Assembly (NCBI GenBank): GCA_030538335.1
Contig: JAUNUE010000014.1
Coordinates: forward strand, 1 to 18,253
Direction: 5' to 3'
DNA: 18,253 bases
Origin: Brachymonas sp.
Lineage (GTDB): Bacteria; Pseudomonadota; Gammaproteobacteria; Burkholderiales; Burkholderiaceae_C
Below, in pieces: positions 14,377 to 18,253 of the stretch (within the stretch, counting starts at the first letter, position 1; every line of letters starts with the position of its first letter). Both the position numbers and the translations under genes were made by a program. The notes under the pieces are model-generated. The model made no database searches and had not been told where the DNA came from. It saw only the letters and a program-made list of their open reading frames with translations.

Positions 14377-14467
14377 TGGCGGAAAGAGAGGGATTCGAAC
14401 CCTCGATACGGAAGAACCGTATACCGGATTTCGAGTCCGGCGCATTCGACCACTCTGCCATCTTTCC
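14377..14467 (-). tRNA. tRNA-Ser(CGA), 91 nt, class II
   Basis: GGAAAGATGGCAGAGTGGTCGAATGCGCCGGACTCGAAATCCGGTATACGGTTCTTCCGTATCGAGGGTTCGAATCCCTCTCTTTCCGCCA. It has a long variable arm and a GC-rich host-like acceptor. It lies 90 bp downstream of serS on the same strand. Confidence 0.92.
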
Positions 14468-14556
14468 GCGGGTGTGCTTAGCACTGCCATGCGGTAGTCG
14501 GCGCATGGCAAGCTGTGGATTGTAGCTTTTTCTGGGGTGCGTTCGTCCGATTCGAA

Positions 14557-16924
<2,368 letters not shown>

Positions 16925-16928
<4 letters not shown>

Positions 16929-17380
16929 AAGATACCGATCACTTCAACTTCAAAGACCAGCGCCTGATCCGACAAGGGGTGGTTGAAATCCAGCAGCACG
17001 GCCTTCTCGCCAAGCTGTACGACGGTGGCTGCCAGCCGGGCTTCGCCGTCGGGCGTGGGAAACTGCAGTACCTCGCCCACATGGTACTGCGCCTCGGGGT
17101 CGCCAAATTCCTTCAGCGCGCTGTGGCTGAGCCATTGCCGCTTGCCGGGGTCAGCCTCGCCAAACACGCTGCCCGCAGGCAGTTCAAACGCCTCGCGGTG
17201 GCCTTCGTGCAGGCCGATCAGCTTTTCTTCAAGCGGCGCGGCCAGCGAGCCGCTGCCCATCTGCAGCGTGGCGGGCTTGCCGCCAAAGGTGTTGATGACA
17301 TCGCCGTTGGCACCAGCCAGCCGGTAATGCAGGGTCAGAAAGGAATCGGGCTGAATGGTGGGGGTGGCGGTTCCGGACAT
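16925..17380 (-). CDS. fkpB: FKBP-type peptidyl-prolyl cis-trans isomerase (FkpB/SlpA-like), 151 aa
   Basis: [22 protein letters not shown]...[22 protein letters not shown] matches FkpB end to end. The start is chosen at the ATG at 17380. The track's GTG at 17437 adds 19 residues with no counterpart in the family. The fkpB-ispH order is conserved as in the E. coli ileS-lspA-fkpB-ispH cluster. Confidence 0.8.
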
Positions 17381-17504
17381 GGCTACAGGCAGCGCCAGCC
17401 ATTGGCTGGCAGAAAAATAAGGTATTGTAGAAGGCACCGCACGCCCGCGCGAATGGCCACAGGAACCAGCGGGCTTTACCCCCGGTTTTCATTGCGCGCA
17501 TGAC

Positions 17505-18206
17505 ATGAAACTCAGCCATCTGCCTGCCCAGACCCTGCCCCGTGAAAAGCTGCTGGCGCGCGGCGCTGCCAGCCTTTCCGATGCGGAACTGCTCGCCATT
17601 ATTCTGCGCACCGGCATGGCAGGCAAAAATGTGCTGCAGATGGCGCAAGAGGTGCTGGATACCTGTGGCGGGCTGGCAGGTTTGCTGCATGCCGATGCGG
17701 TGCAGCTCAAGCGCATCAAGGGCCTGGGCGGCAACGCCAAGCGCGCCGAACTGCTGGCCGTGATGGAACTCGCCCGCCGCGCCGTGGCACAGCAGATGCA
17801 AAAGCGCACCAACCTCGGCAGCCCTGAACTTGCCATGCAGTATGTGCAGATGCAGTTGGGCCAGCAGGCGCAAGAGTGCTTTGCCGTGCTGTTTCTCGAC
17901 ACGCACCATCGGCTGATCTGTATGGAGACCTTGTTCACCGGCACCTTGAATCAGGCCAGCGTCTATCCGCGCGAAGTGGCAGCCCGCGCCTTGCACCACC
18001 AGGCCGCCAGTGTGATGCTGGCGCACAACCACCCCAGCGGGCAGGTGGAGCCTTCAGCCGCAGACCGCGCCTTGACGCAGCGCCTGCAGCAGGCCTTGGG
18101 CTTGCTGGATATTGCCGTGCTCGACCATTTGATTGTGGCGCCCGGCCAGGCGGTGTCGATGGCGCAGCAGGGGTATATGCCCACCACGACAATGGCAAAC
18201 AAGTAA
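17505..18206 (+). CDS. radC: RadC-like JAB/MPN domain protein (UPF0758), 233 aa
   Basis: N-terminal HhH region ([14 protein letters not shown]) and JAMM motif HNHPSG...S..D. It is divergent from fkpB. Confidence 0.85.
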   Translation: MKLSHLPAQTLPREKLLARGAASLSDAELLAIILRTGMAGKNVLQMAQEVLDTCGGLAGLLHADAVQLKRIKGLGGNAKRAELLAVMELARRAVAQQMQKRTNLGSPELAMQYVQMQLGQQAQECFAVLFLDTHHRLICMETLFTGTLNQASVYPREVAARALHHQAASVMLAHNHPSGQVEPSAADRALTQRLQQALGLLDIAVLDHLIVAPGQAVSMAQQGYMPTTTMANK

Positions 18207-18210
18207 CCAT

Positions 18211-18238
18211 CCCCCGGCAAAGCCGGGGGCTTTCGTTA
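18211..18238 (+). terminator. Intrinsic terminator after radC (CCCCCGGC-AAA-GCCGGGGG then CUUUCGUU)
   Basis: An 8-bp GC stem 5 nt after the radC stop, followed by a U-rich tail. Confidence 0.5.
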
Positions 18239-18253
18239 TGTGAGCCGCTCAAA

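Noticed and set aside
13851-14453. 200-aa minus-strand ORF overlapping the HTH gene and tRNA-Ser
   Set aside because: It is antisense to a well-supported gene and runs through a tRNA. It is a compositional artefact.

Overview
High-GC (~65-70%) proteobacterial chromosomal window, apparently betaproteobacterial (Comamonadaceae-like) judging by codon bias and gene content. Left to right: (1) a two-partner secretion (TPS) pair on the minus strand. The TpsB/ShlB/FhaC-type outer-membrane transporter gene is followed, after a terminator-like hairpin, by the N-terminal ~866 codons of a TpsA filamentous-haemagglutinin-like exoprotein that runs off the window start. (2) pyruvate carboxylase (pyc) on the plus strand. 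(3) A co-oriented minus-strand block: a dense array of ~10 tRNA/tRNA-like genes, several with non-canonical features, embedding an HNH nuclease gene, followed downstream by a cytoplasmic double-SPFH (band-7) protein gene and the RNA ligase gene rtcB. (4) A lower-GC, mostly non-coding stretch carrying a small XRE/Cro-like HTH regulator gene, with an upstream 15-bp palindrome and a divergent small ORF plus terminator. (5) Housekeeping genes tRNA-Ser(CGA)-serS, ispH-fkpB (translationally coupled) and a divergent radC. The most unusual part is the tRNA array, HNH, SPFH and RtcB block, which looks like a mobile-element or phage-derived tRNA module placed next to a tRNA-repair ligase. No CRISPR, integrase or transposase is visible. 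Many long antisense ORFs in the six-frame track are high-GC artefacts.
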